From positions 1 to 48,539 of IMG/VR virus record IMGVR_UViG_3300024520_000006: a DNA stretch of 48,539 nucleotides. One strand, written 5' to 3'. This document shows positions 14,607 to 22,704 of this stretch, one piece after another. How positions within the stretch are numbered: the first letter of the stretch is position 1; each line of letters starts with the position of its first letter. The notes beneath the pieces were generated by a model. It was given only the letters and a program-made list of their open reading frames with translations. It had not been told where the DNA came from and ran no database searches. The position numbers were made by a program, and so were the translations under genes. This DNA is from a virus.

Positions 14607-17030
14607 TTACAGTTCAATGGCCCCTTCAGACCAGAACTTTCCAACCTTGACATCAGCCTTAATCGGCACGGTCAATAGGCATTCAAACTCTTTTTCCAGG
14701 GGAAGGTTTTCCATCACCTCTACAATACGAGGAATGACATCATCCAGTGCTTCTTCCCGAATCTCAAAGAGGATAGAGTCATGAACCGTCCCAATTACTT
14801 TAGCCACAGATTCATCAAGCTCACCGTTTAGTTGGACCATGGACATCAACATCATATCCGATGCCATAGACTGGACTGGTGAATTGATAGCCTGACGTTC
14901 AGCCTCCCCTCGGATTCCTTGTTCCTTAGAGTTGATGTCCCACAGATGTCTCTTCCTACCTATGGGTGACATAACGTACTGCCTGCGTTGGGCGGCTCTC
15001 CTCTGTCTACCATGCCATGGGTACAAACCTCTAAAGTTCTGGAAGAATGAGTCCCGATAATTCTTTGCCTCTGCATCGGTAACATCTATACCGTAGTTGG
15101 TCTTGGAATACTCTACGAATTTCCGGTAACCCATTCCATATACGAACCCGAAGTTGACAGCCTTGGCCTTCTTTCTAATCTCCTGTGTAATTTCAGGTCG
15201 AGAGAGGCCAGTCGTTGCCATAGCTGTTTCGGTATGGATGTCCCGACCGAGGTGGTAGGCTCGTAGCATTGTTTTATCCTGGGAAACGTGAGCCACAATT
15301 CTGAGTTCGACTTGGGAATAATCCGCCTCAACAATTCGCCATCCCCTACGACCTCCAATGATGCCTCGTATAAAGGTGTCTCTAGGGACTTGTTGCAGGT
15401 TAGGGTTAGAGGATGAGAGTCTACCTGTAACTGTATGGAACGGCTTGAAGGTAGAGTGTAAACGACCTCTTCCGTCCATTCGCTGAGCCCAGTTCTCAAA
15501 GTAACGAGAACGGTATCCATTCCATTTTCTATATTCGAGGATGGCATCTATCACTCCACTTTCATCTAGATCATTGAGCCTGACTAGTACGTCCTCTGCT
15601 GTAGAGGGTTGGCCAGACGGTGTTGCTTTCAAAACAGGGAACTCCATCTTGCTATACAGAAGGCGTCCCAATTGCTGTGGACTGTTCGGATTGAATGGTC
15701 TCATTTCTGAAGGAACAAACTCTTGGATCAGTTCAACCTGTTCCTCAATGTTTTTCTCGGTCTTGGCTCGGCGTGCATTGAACTTCTCTCTGTGGATAGG
15801 TACGCCCCGTATTTCTACATCAGTTAAGGTATTCACAGCGGGCATCAGTAGCTTACGAAAGAGCCTGTTTGATAGAGGCTCAGCCTTCAGTTTCTTTTCA
15901 AGCTTGAGGCCTAATCTCAAGGTGTAATCTGCATCCTGCCCACCATACTCAACCAAATCATTCAATGGGGTAAGGTTAGTATGTTTCTTATTGAGGAGGT
16001 CTTTGTAAGCAGGGGCACCAAGATATACCTGCGATGCAAACCCAAGATCCTTACGGTTGTTTTCATCCAGTGCATAGATAGCACCCATGGTATCGAAGTA
16101 TTGCCGCACGTTAATACCCATAGCATGGAACCATTCTTCATCGAACTTCCCATTGTGCATGTACCATTTACCAGACTCAATGTAAGGTTTGAGAAGGTCT
16201 ATCACCTTCTGTGGGTTTTTCCATCGAGAACCTTCAGTCCACAGTGGTATGACATAGGCTCGACCAGGGGTAACCGATATGTTAATTGCGGATAGCTTGG
16301 CAGTTGAATCCCAAGGATAGAGACCACCGAACTCATGTTCCGACCAAGTCTCAAGGTCTATTGCTCCTCGCTTTGCCTTCTTGAGGTCTGCAATCAGGGC
16401 GCCAAGAGTTTCCTTGTTATTGACCGCTATACTACGGGTAGCTGGAATACCTTCTTCGTCATACACTAGCCTCTTGAATACTAGCAGGGCCCCCCTAAAG
16501 GCGTCTAGGTATCTTGGATTACGGAGGACGGCGGCTGGCTGTAGAGCAGCCACGAAGGTAGCACCTCCGTATTCATAGCTTGTACCGTTACGGCTCGTAA
16601 TCCCTTTGAGGCCCAGTGTCGCCTTGAGACCGCTGTTTCCAAGAGCGAGTCCAAACTTTGGCCTGATTCGTTGAACCTCTCTCTGGAGATAGAGATCCGA
16701 ACAGACTCGTATTTCCCTGTCCGTAGGTGAGCGGTAATCTTCAGGTCTACATTTAACCGCTCCGGATATGAAGAAGTTGGTTTTGTCAAGGCCTATCCTT
16801 TCTAGTTCTTCCCATAGGAAGCTTGATTCTACGATCGACGGGTCAGTAGCCACAACCATAAGACGTCCATGAGAGTCGTCTTTAGTAGGGATGGTTATGG
16901 GTGAACATATCTCATAAGCCTCCTCATGGAGAGGACACTCAGAACACTCGGGATCCTCTAACTTTGTTAGTGTGGATCTCAGCTTCCCAAAGGAGGTCTT
17001 TGCCTTCTTGTTTTCGGTACTCGTTCCCAT
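14607..17030 (-). CDS. Family-A DNA polymerase with 3'-5' exonuclease and an N-terminal degenerate family-4 UDG-like domain
   Basis: Pol motifs ADYSQVELRIVAH (A), RKKAKAVNFGFVYGMG (B), TVHDSILFE (C); exo motif AIDLETWS. N-terminal ~190 aa align to family-4 UDG (CSECPL...AVKCRP...VC...QPAAVLRNP). Strong SD GGGAGGTGA precedes the ATG. Confidence 0.9.
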   Translation of the reverse strand: MGTSTENKKAKTSFGKLRSTLTKLEDPECSECPLHEEAYEICSPITIPTKDDSHGRLMVVATDPSIVESSFLWEELERIGLDKTNFFISGAVKCRPEDYRSPTDREIRVCSDLYLQREVQRIRPKFGLALGNSGLKATLGLKGITSRNGTSYEYGGATFVAALQPAAVLRNPRYLDAFRGALLVFKRLVYDEEGIPATRSIAVNNKETLGALIADLKKAKRGAIDLETWSEHEFGGLYPWDSTAKLSAINISVTPGRAYVIPLWTEGSRWKNPQKVIDLLKPYIESGKWYMHNGKFDEEWFHAMGINVRQYFDTMGAIYALDENNRKDLGFASQVYLGAPAYKDLLNKKHTNLTPLNDLVEYGGQDADYTLRLGLKLEKKLKAEPLSNRLFRKLLMPAVNTLTDVEIRGVPIHREKFNARRAKTEKNIEEQVELIQEFVPSEMRPFNPNSPQQLGRLLYSKMEFPVLKATPSGQPSTAEDVLVRLNDLDESGVIDAILEYRKWNGYRSRYFENWAQRMDGRGRLHSTFKPFHTVTGRLSSSNPNLQQVPRDTFIRGIIGGRRGWRIVEADYSQVELRIVAHVSQDKTMLRAYHLGRDIHTETAMATTGLSRPEITQEIRKKAKAVNFGFVYGMGYRKFVEYSKTNYGIDVTDAEAKNYRDSFFQNFRGLYPWHGRQRRAAQRRQYVMSPIGRKRHLWDINSKEQGIRGEAERQAINSPVQSMASDMMLMSMVQLNGELDESVAKVIGTVHDSILFEIREEALDDVIPRIVEVMENLPLEKEFECLLTVPIKADVKVGKFWSEGAIEL

Positions 17031-17355
17031 AGTTCACCTCCCTTATTCCTGCATTGATAACTAATTGGGCACAGGAAATACAAGGTAAGTGAGTGGTATA
17101 TAAGACCGAACCATTGGTAGATATTCCATGCTTGGCTGCGAACACAATGGCGTTTGCCTCAGCATGTACTGACCTATCACAAGCTGTAAGGTCATCGTGT
17201 GTGCAATGAAGTAACCCAGCAGGTGCCCCATTGTATCCTGTGGAAACGATTCTCTTGTCCTGTACCAGTACGGCACCTACATGCAGGCGTTTACAGGTAG
17301 AGTACATCGCCACCACTTTAGCTATATCTAAATAGGCAATGTCATCCATGCTCAT
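16939..17355 (-). CDS. dCMP (deoxycytidylate) deaminase
   Basis: HAEANAI ... PCISCA zinc motifs with typical spacing. The ORF-track start at 17382 is a TTG, so the first ATG (MSMDD) at 17355 is preferred. The 3' end overlaps the polymerase start by 92 nt. Confidence 0.85.
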   Translation of the reverse strand: MSMDDIAYLDIAKVVAMYSTCKRLHVGAVLVQDKRIVSTGYNGAPAGLLHCTHDDLTACDRSVHAEANAIVFAAKHGISTNGSVLYTTHLPCISCAQLVINAGIREVNYGNEYRKQEGKDLLWEAEIHTNKVRGSRVF

Positions 17356-18091
17356 TTTGTAACCTTTCAATTTCGGGCTCAAAGATATGGAGGGAAGATA
17401 TGTGCATAACGAGTGGTCCCATATCCACGTTCATCATGTGTGCCAAGTGTTGTTGAAGGCGGGCGGTCATATACACATCGTCCCTGAAATAGCGGAACCA
17501 ATCACATGACCTCATGTAGTACACAACCTTGAGTTTGCCATCCCTAAGAAGGAAGTGATATCCAAGAGTACATGGCACTCTCTCACCCAGTACATCAGCG
17601 GCATACAAATCCTCAGGAAACCACACTGGTAGATATGCTTGGCGTGTATGGGGTCTCATCATAAGGAGAGACTTGAGGTTATCTAGTGTGCCATAATCAA
17701 ATCGAATACCTGCCCTGTGAGGAGGATAATATCTCTCCATATAGGTATGGCTAAATAGCCCTCCACCCTTGTGTTCCTCTACTCCCTGTTCATACCAAGG
17801 CCAGTTCTTGTACTGTTCACCAGGGTTCAAAGGGTTACCAGACATACGTTCTTGGAAGTGATCCTCTGCCCATGGGAGATTTGGCTTAATGGAAAATTGG
17901 AGTTGGTCTACAGTACTGGGTACTCTGTTCCATTTGAAAGAAACATCTTCCAACTCAAAGGTCTTAGTCATAGGTAAATCAGGATCACGGAATGACTGCC
18001 ACTCACCTACATCTACAACCTCACCATGTTCTATGAAGTCAAGGCCTATATTCTCAAGTATTCTACCGAACCAGTCTTCCCTATAGTACAT
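17342..18091 (-). CDS. ThyA-superfamily pyrimidine 5-modifying enzyme, dCMP-hydroxymethylase-like (Asp at the base-selecting position)
   Basis: RQAYLPVWFPEDL, nucleophile VPCTLGY, LLRDGKLKVVYYMRSCDWFRYFRDD, SSLHIF. Cys-to-Asp spacing is 31 residues, as in T4 gp42 (C148-D179) and E. coli ThyA (C146-N177), both recalled from memory. Confidence 0.75.
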   Translation of the reverse strand: MYYREDWFGRILENIGLDFIEHGEVVDVGEWQSFRDPDLPMTKTFELEDVSFKWNRVPSTVDQLQFSIKPNLPWAEDHFQERMSGNPLNPGEQYKNWPWYEQGVEEHKGGGLFSHTYMERYYPPHRAGIRFDYGTLDNLKSLLMMRPHTRQAYLPVWFPEDLYAADVLGERVPCTLGYHFLLRDGKLKVVYYMRSCDWFRYFRDDVYMTARLQQHLAHMMNVDMGPLVMHISSLHIFEPEIERLQNEHG

Positions 18092-18650
18092 TCTTTACCC
18101 TTCCGTGTACTCCCAAGAAACTACCCCTTGGGTTATCAAACCACCACCCTTGTAAGTTGTGGCGCTTAATGAATCTGGTTGTATCACTATCCTCTATTGA
18201 GTCATGGAATGTATCGTGTACCAGTAACATAGAATGAGGTGGCGAGTGATTGAACCACAGACTCAACTCTTCCTTCCTACGTGAAGGTTCTGAATCCAGA
18301 ATTACAAAGTCCGCTGTCACCATATCTAAGTAACCCGGTTGGCCTAACTCATAATTAAACTGTGGAGATGGAGGAACATTCTCCACCATATCTAACCATC
18401 TCTCCTGATGGTCAAAGGTTATTAGTCTCTGAGTATCTTTCATAACACTTAGGACCCTACGAGTTACATACCCCTGACCTAGTCCTGTCTCTATGATAGT
18501 GGCTGTATCATGGAGGGATTTTGTTACATACTTAGCCACATTACAGAACTCCAACTCAGGGCTCATGATATTCCAAGCATTGAATCCTGTCCACTTACCT
18601 GAGAACTCCACTTCATCTACCAATGGGGCCTCGTTAACCCAAGGATTCAT
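18081..18650 (-). CDS. Class-I SAM-dependent methyltransferase-fold protein, substrate unknown
   Basis: Motif I IIETGLGQGYVT, acidic post-beta-2 TFDHQE, ADFVILDSEP; resembles small-molecule O-methyltransferase-type (Methyltransf_24-like) proteins; overlaps both neighbours. Confidence 0.6.
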   Translation of the reverse strand: MNPWVNEAPLVDEVEFSGKWTGFNAWNIMSPELEFCNVAKYVTKSLHDTATIIETGLGQGYVTRRVLSVMKDTQRLITFDHQERWLDMVENVPPSPQFNYELGQPGYLDMVTADFVILDSEPSRRKEELSLWFNHSPPHSMLLVHDTFHDSIEDSDTTRFIKRHNLQGWWFDNPRGSFLGVHGRVKNVL

Positions 18651-19479
18651 AGTAACCTTCTACCTTCCCAAAGTTTAGCTCTCCCACTGGAGTAGAAGGA
18701 ACGAAAATCCCCTGTTGATATTCCTCATAGCGTCTGCGGATTCGTTTGAATGGCCCGTACAGTTCTTCCTCTACTGTCTTACCATCTCGTTCAAACTCCA
18801 GAACTTTTTGCCACCATCGGTCAATGGATTTCCAAGTAGGAGTAACGGGCTCACACAAAGTCAGTTCTTCCATCAAATCTGGCTGAGTATAAAGGTAAGG
18901 GAGACATTTAAAACTATGGAGTTGCATTACGTCCAAGTGCCACTGGAGACGAATACGCTCGGGCGAACCTTCACTGATTTCCCTTGCGAGAACATGGACA
19001 AGAGCCATGTCCAAGCCAAGCATGTAGGCATTGTAACTAACCCTAGAGTGTATGGTGAGCGTAGGTATGACCTTGTCATTTCTATCTGATCCTCGGAAGG
19101 TGGCTGCCAACAAACAATTACCCCACTTATGCTTTCGGTCGGAGCGGGTAACGTGCTTGAAGTGGACGTTTGTGATAACTCCGTTCCTACCCTTATCTTC
19201 GAGGATGATTCGTGACCGCTTGATAAACTCGGCAGTTTCATATCCGTCGAGGTATTCCCTTGTAAGTCTCGTCCAGCGGGATGGGTTAAGCCATACTTCC
19301 TGGAGGTCAAATTCGTATGCCATTGAGTCAGCCTCCAAAATGACATTGTTAAGGTTTGTACCGATACCCAGTTCAAGGTCTACCTCCTCTTTATCTAAAT
19401 GCCAGCGGGTAACATCATGCCACAGTTGAGTTTGATCTTTGGCTCGGAGTACTTTAAAGCTCATGGCTAGACCACTCAT
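18634..19479 (-). CDS. ~281-aa uncharacterised enzyme, possibly a second, highly divergent ThyA-fold protein
   Basis: KWGNCLLAATF ... TLTIHSRVSYNAYMLGLDMALVHVLA can be laid over ThyA APCHAFFQF ... [27 protein letters not shown] by eye. Start is uncertain (ATGs at 19491, 19479, 19464); 19479 has GGTGGTGA upstream. Confidence 0.45.
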   Translation of the reverse strand: MSGLAMSFKVLRAKDQTQLWHDVTRWHLDKEEVDLELGIGTNLNNVILEADSMAYEFDLQEVWLNPSRWTRLTREYLDGYETAEFIKRSRIILEDKGRNGVITNVHFKHVTRSDRKHKWGNCLLAATFRGSDRNDKVIPTLTIHSRVSYNAYMLGLDMALVHVLAREISEGSPERIRLQWHLDVMQLHSFKCLPYLYTQPDLMEELTLCEPVTPTWKSIDRWWQKVLEFERDGKTVEEELYGPFKRIRRRYEEYQQGIFVPSTPVGELNFGKVEGYYESLG

Positions 19480-19876
19480 GGTCACCACCATGGTTAAGGT
19501 CTAGGGTGCAGTACTGATAAGGCCCATAGCCTCTGAAATTTCCACAAGCAAATGGCTTTCCAGTCTCTGGATACTTGATCCAGTCCCTGTCCTTTACCTC
19601 TCCCCATGCAGACTCAAGGCAACCCGATAATTGATAGCCATTAGTGTTGCAGTAACTGGCAAGGTAGATCATGATGTCACCAATTGCGTCTACTGCTGCT
19701 GCTCGGTGCTCCTGTGAGGTGCCTCTGATCTGTTGCTGTGCTTTAAGGTGTGCGTGTGCTAGCTCTCCGACTTCTTCAGTCAACCCTAATAGCGCATCGT
19801 GCGCCTGTTGATTGGGGAAATTATGACTCAACCACTCCAGATGCTCATTCTGAAATTCATGTAGGTCATGCATCAT
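19454..19876 (-). CDS. mazG: MazG-like all-alpha nucleoside triphosphate pyrophosphohydrolase
   Basis: LTEEVGELAHA and AVDAIGDIMIYL metal-binding helices, about 140 aa; overlaps both neighbours. Confidence 0.8.
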   Translation of the reverse strand: MMHDLHEFQNEHLEWLSHNFPNQQAHDALLGLTEEVGELAHAHLKAQQQIRGTSQEHRAAAVDAIGDIMIYLASYCNTNGYQLSGCLESAWGEVKDRDWIKYPETGKPFACGNFRGYGPYQYCTLDLNHGGDHEWSSHEL

Positions 19877-20510
19877 TGATGATCTCCTTACCTTTGTCTA
19901 TGTAGTATTGGTCAGGCTGGTCTACTGGAAACAAACCTTTTGGCTGGAAAAGTGATTCAATCCTGTGGGCTACATACCTCACCCGAGATTCACCATAATC
20001 CCAGAATCCCATTTGATATCCGTCGTACTTCATGAGGAGAGAGACCATGTTGTAGGTCGCAGCTACCTTCTCCCTATGCTGATAGATGTGGTTACCTCTG
20101 GGATCAGTATTACTACCACGATATGGCTTATTGGTGGAAGTCATAATAGTAAGAGTATCAGGATGCTTTAACCTGTGGAGAGATTGGAGAGGGTTACGAA
20201 GGCGAGTGAATCCTCGTATCACAGGACCATATATAAGCTCGGATATTTCAGGTGTGCGATCCAGTATATAAATCTTCCCACTCCTATGGGACCGCTCTAT
20301 ATGTTGGGCATTCCATTCGTTCCAAGTTTCATCCCATTCCTTCATCCTACCTGATGGTGATTTGACGTACTGGCATAGGTCGGGACCCATCCACCCAGCC
20401 AAAGCATAGGCAAGGGTTGTCTTTCCACTGGAGTCGGGACCTTCTAGGATAATTGTTGCCACGTTCTGCTCACTTTCTGAGATTCGTAGTGTAATATACC
20501 ACTGTTTCAT
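19866..20510 (-). CDS. P-loop (d)NMP kinase, thymidylate-kinase-like
   Basis: Walker A ILEGPDSSGKTT, LDRTPEISELIYG resembles the Tmk DR(Y/F)..S motif; ATGA overlap with the SNF2 gene. Confidence 0.7.
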   Translation of the reverse strand: MKQWYITLRISESEQNVATIILEGPDSSGKTTLAYALAGWMGPDLCQYVKSPSGRMKEWDETWNEWNAQHIERSHRSGKIYILDRTPEISELIYGPVIRGFTRLRNPLQSLHRLKHPDTLTIMTSTNKPYRGSNTDPRGNHIYQHREKVAATYNMVSLLMKYDGYQMGFWDYGESRVRYVAHRIESLFQPKGLFPVDQPDQYYIDKGKEIINDA

Positions 20511-21949
20511 CTGTCAACTACGAGGAGTTCCGGATCATCCATAACTAATTTCTCCAGATTCTTCTTCTGACGGAGAGCTTTGAATACCAAGCCATCTATC
20601 GTGTTGACCATATGCAGGTGGTAGAATGTTACTGGTGTTTTTTGTCCTGCTCTATCGAGTCGTCCCCTTGATTGGACATAGTGATCCCAGCTATAGTCGG
20701 TTGAGTAGTAGATGGCATGTGAACAGGCATGTTGTAATCCGTCGAGTGCTTCACCCGCAGCGATCTGGATGACAAGGATTCTGGTCGCATCTTGCTTCCT
20801 AAAACTATCAACCGCTTCTTTCCTCCCTTTAGCCGTGATGCCACCTCTAATTTGAACCAAGCCATAGCGGCTAAGTCCATCTCTGATTTGGTTAAGTTCC
20901 CATTTGAATCTGGCAAAAATAATCACCTTCTCTTGTGCTTCCATAAGGTCATCTACTAAACTGAATAATACGGCTAACTTATCTCTCTGGAAATCAACGA
21001 CCTCACTCAACTCATCGTGGATGGATCCGCTTGTCATCTCTTGTAGTCGAAGGAGTTTGGTCAGTACAATTGGGGCGTCTATCAGGTGACGTTTCCATAC
21101 TACCATCCCATCTTCTGCAAAGGAATCGTATGCTGACCGAGCCGACTTGTTCATAACCACAGGGATGATCTCGTCGGTTACAGGAGGGAGGTCAAGGCAA
21201 TCTCTCTTCCGTGCCGTAGATATCCATGGACGATATCGTTCTTGAAGGTCTTCCACGTTTTGGTAACCTCGAAGTTCGTATCCTGTACGCCCACCCCACA
21301 TACCGTAGCGGTAACGGAATCGGGTCCAAGACATAGCATCACCTTTGACTGGGTCACGCCATATCTTCGGATCAATAACCTTGAGTTGACTATAAAGGTC
21401 CAGATAGTTCTTACTGACAGGCGTCCCCGAAAGGAGGCAAACGTGCCTAGCTCGGGATCCCAAACGGTGAGTAGCTTTGGACCTCTTAGCTGTGGCGGAC
21501 TTAACTTTCTGGCTTTCGTCGAGGATGAGTAGGTCGGCATCATATTCCTCCAGTGCTTGCATGATGGCCCAGTCTTTGTCTCTCTTGATTGCGGCTTCGT
21601 AATTGAGGATAATAAACCGAAGCGGAGAACTTCGATCTCCATACCACTCAATTTCTTCTCGGATTTGATCTGCCTTTTCTATTACTTTTCCCTGTGGTAT
21701 CAGGGTACTTTGATGTACCCCAAGATGTTTTTCCATTTGTGCTGGCCATACTTGCATAGCATTGATGGGGCACAGAACAAGTACCTTGAGACCACCCTCC
21801 TTTAGATACAAGGCAGCGGCGAAGTCAAGGGCTGTTTTCGTCTTGCCCGTTCCAGGCTCCCAAAACAACGCTCCACTGCCCTGTTTCCAAAGCCTCTTAA
21901 GACCCCTCCGCTGGTGCTTAAAAGGCTTGGACTTAAATCGGTACTTCAC
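20507..21949 (-). CDS. SNF2-family (superfamily 2) helicase/translocase
   Basis: Motif I WEPGTGKT, motif II LILDESQKVK, motif VI QSRGRLDRAGQ. Confidence 0.85.
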   Translation of the reverse strand: MKYRFKSKPFKHQRRGLKRLWKQGSGALFWEPGTGKTKTALDFAAALYLKEGGLKVLVLCPINAMQVWPAQMEKHLGVHQSTLIPQGKVIEKADQIREEIEWYGDRSSPLRFIILNYEAAIKRDKDWAIMQALEEYDADLLILDESQKVKSATAKRSKATHRLGSRARHVCLLSGTPVSKNYLDLYSQLKVIDPKIWRDPVKGDAMSWTRFRYRYGMWGGRTGYELRGYQNVEDLQERYRPWISTARKRDCLDLPPVTDEIIPVVMNKSARSAYDSFAEDGMVVWKRHLIDAPIVLTKLLRLQEMTSGSIHDELSEVVDFQRDKLAVLFSLVDDLMEAQEKVIIFARFKWELNQIRDGLSRYGLVQIRGGITAKGRKEAVDSFRKQDATRILVIQIAAGEALDGLQHACSHAIYYSTDYSWDHYVQSRGRLDRAGQKTPVTFYHLHMVNTIDGLVFKALRQKKNLEKLVMDDPELLVVDR

Positions 21950-22317
21950 ATGCCATCACCCAGTTTGCGGCGATTGTACTCATCTATAACTCTGTTATCC
22001 ACAGCTAGATGTTCACCCTCAAGTAGGTATTCAAACCCCATCTCTTTGGATAGGGATATCAACTCTATGGTACGTTGATTAGCGGGCGTGATTACTGGCT
22101 CATCATCAGCTAGTGGTTGGTTGGGCCAGTCAGGGTGTTCACTTGGGGACCTACTTGATATAATTCCCACCATTGTATCATCATCAACCGTTACTGTGGA
22201 ATACTCTACGTCCGACGCATCGACTTCCTCCTCAGTAGCAAGAACCATAACTGCTGTTAGATCCTCAATTACCTCTATTAATTGGTCGATCTTATCCTCT
22301 AAACTCATCCTCCCCAC
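21946..22317 (-). CDS. 123-aa acidic protein, unknown function
   Basis: ORF overlaps both neighbours by 4 and 13 nt in a coupled operon; no motif recognised. Confidence 0.65.
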   Translation of the reverse strand: MGRMSLEDKIDQLIEVIEDLTAVMVLATEEEVDASDVEYSTVTVDDDTMVGIISSRSPSEHPDWPNQPLADDEPVITPANQRTIELISLSKEMGFEYLLEGEHLAVDNRVIDEYNRRKLGDGM

Positions 22318-22664
22318 ATCCTTTCTGCTAGTAAGGGGTTGTTTGCCAGTACGTGATAATTGGAATCAAAGATGCGGCAAACAGGGCATCTATTGACGTC
22401 CCAGTATGGGTCCCAATCAAAGACCCGAAACTTACGACAGTACGGGCACCATAGCCTCCCTCTCTGATTGTTCTCCCATAGATCCTCATGAGTAAGCCGT
22501 GATGCAGGGGGCCCATAGCCAACCTGTCTACTAACTATGGTGTATTCAAAATCAGGATGCTCTTTCTTAAGGACCTCGATAATCTTCTTGGCATCTCGAT
22601 ACCTACGTACCAGTTTGCCACGATTCTTACCTTCAAAGTCCGTAACAACAAGCTTCCACCTCAT
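22305..22664 (-). CDS. Zinc-ribbon protein, unknown function (start uncertain: 22664, 22688 or 22742)
   Basis: CPYCRKF...CPVCRI; the ATG at 22664 has AAGAGGT 9 nt upstream, while the longest form would overlap the primase by 38 nt. Confidence 0.6.
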   Translation of the reverse strand: MRWKLVVTDFEGKNRGKLVRRYRDAKKIIEVLKKEHPDFEYTIVSRQVGYGPPASRLTHEDLWENNQRGRLWCPYCRKFRVFDWDPYWDVNRCPVCRIFDSNYHVLANNPLLAERMWGG

Positions 22665-22704
22665 TTTGTGCTTACCTCTTTGTACCATCTTCGGGTACTT
22701 GAGG

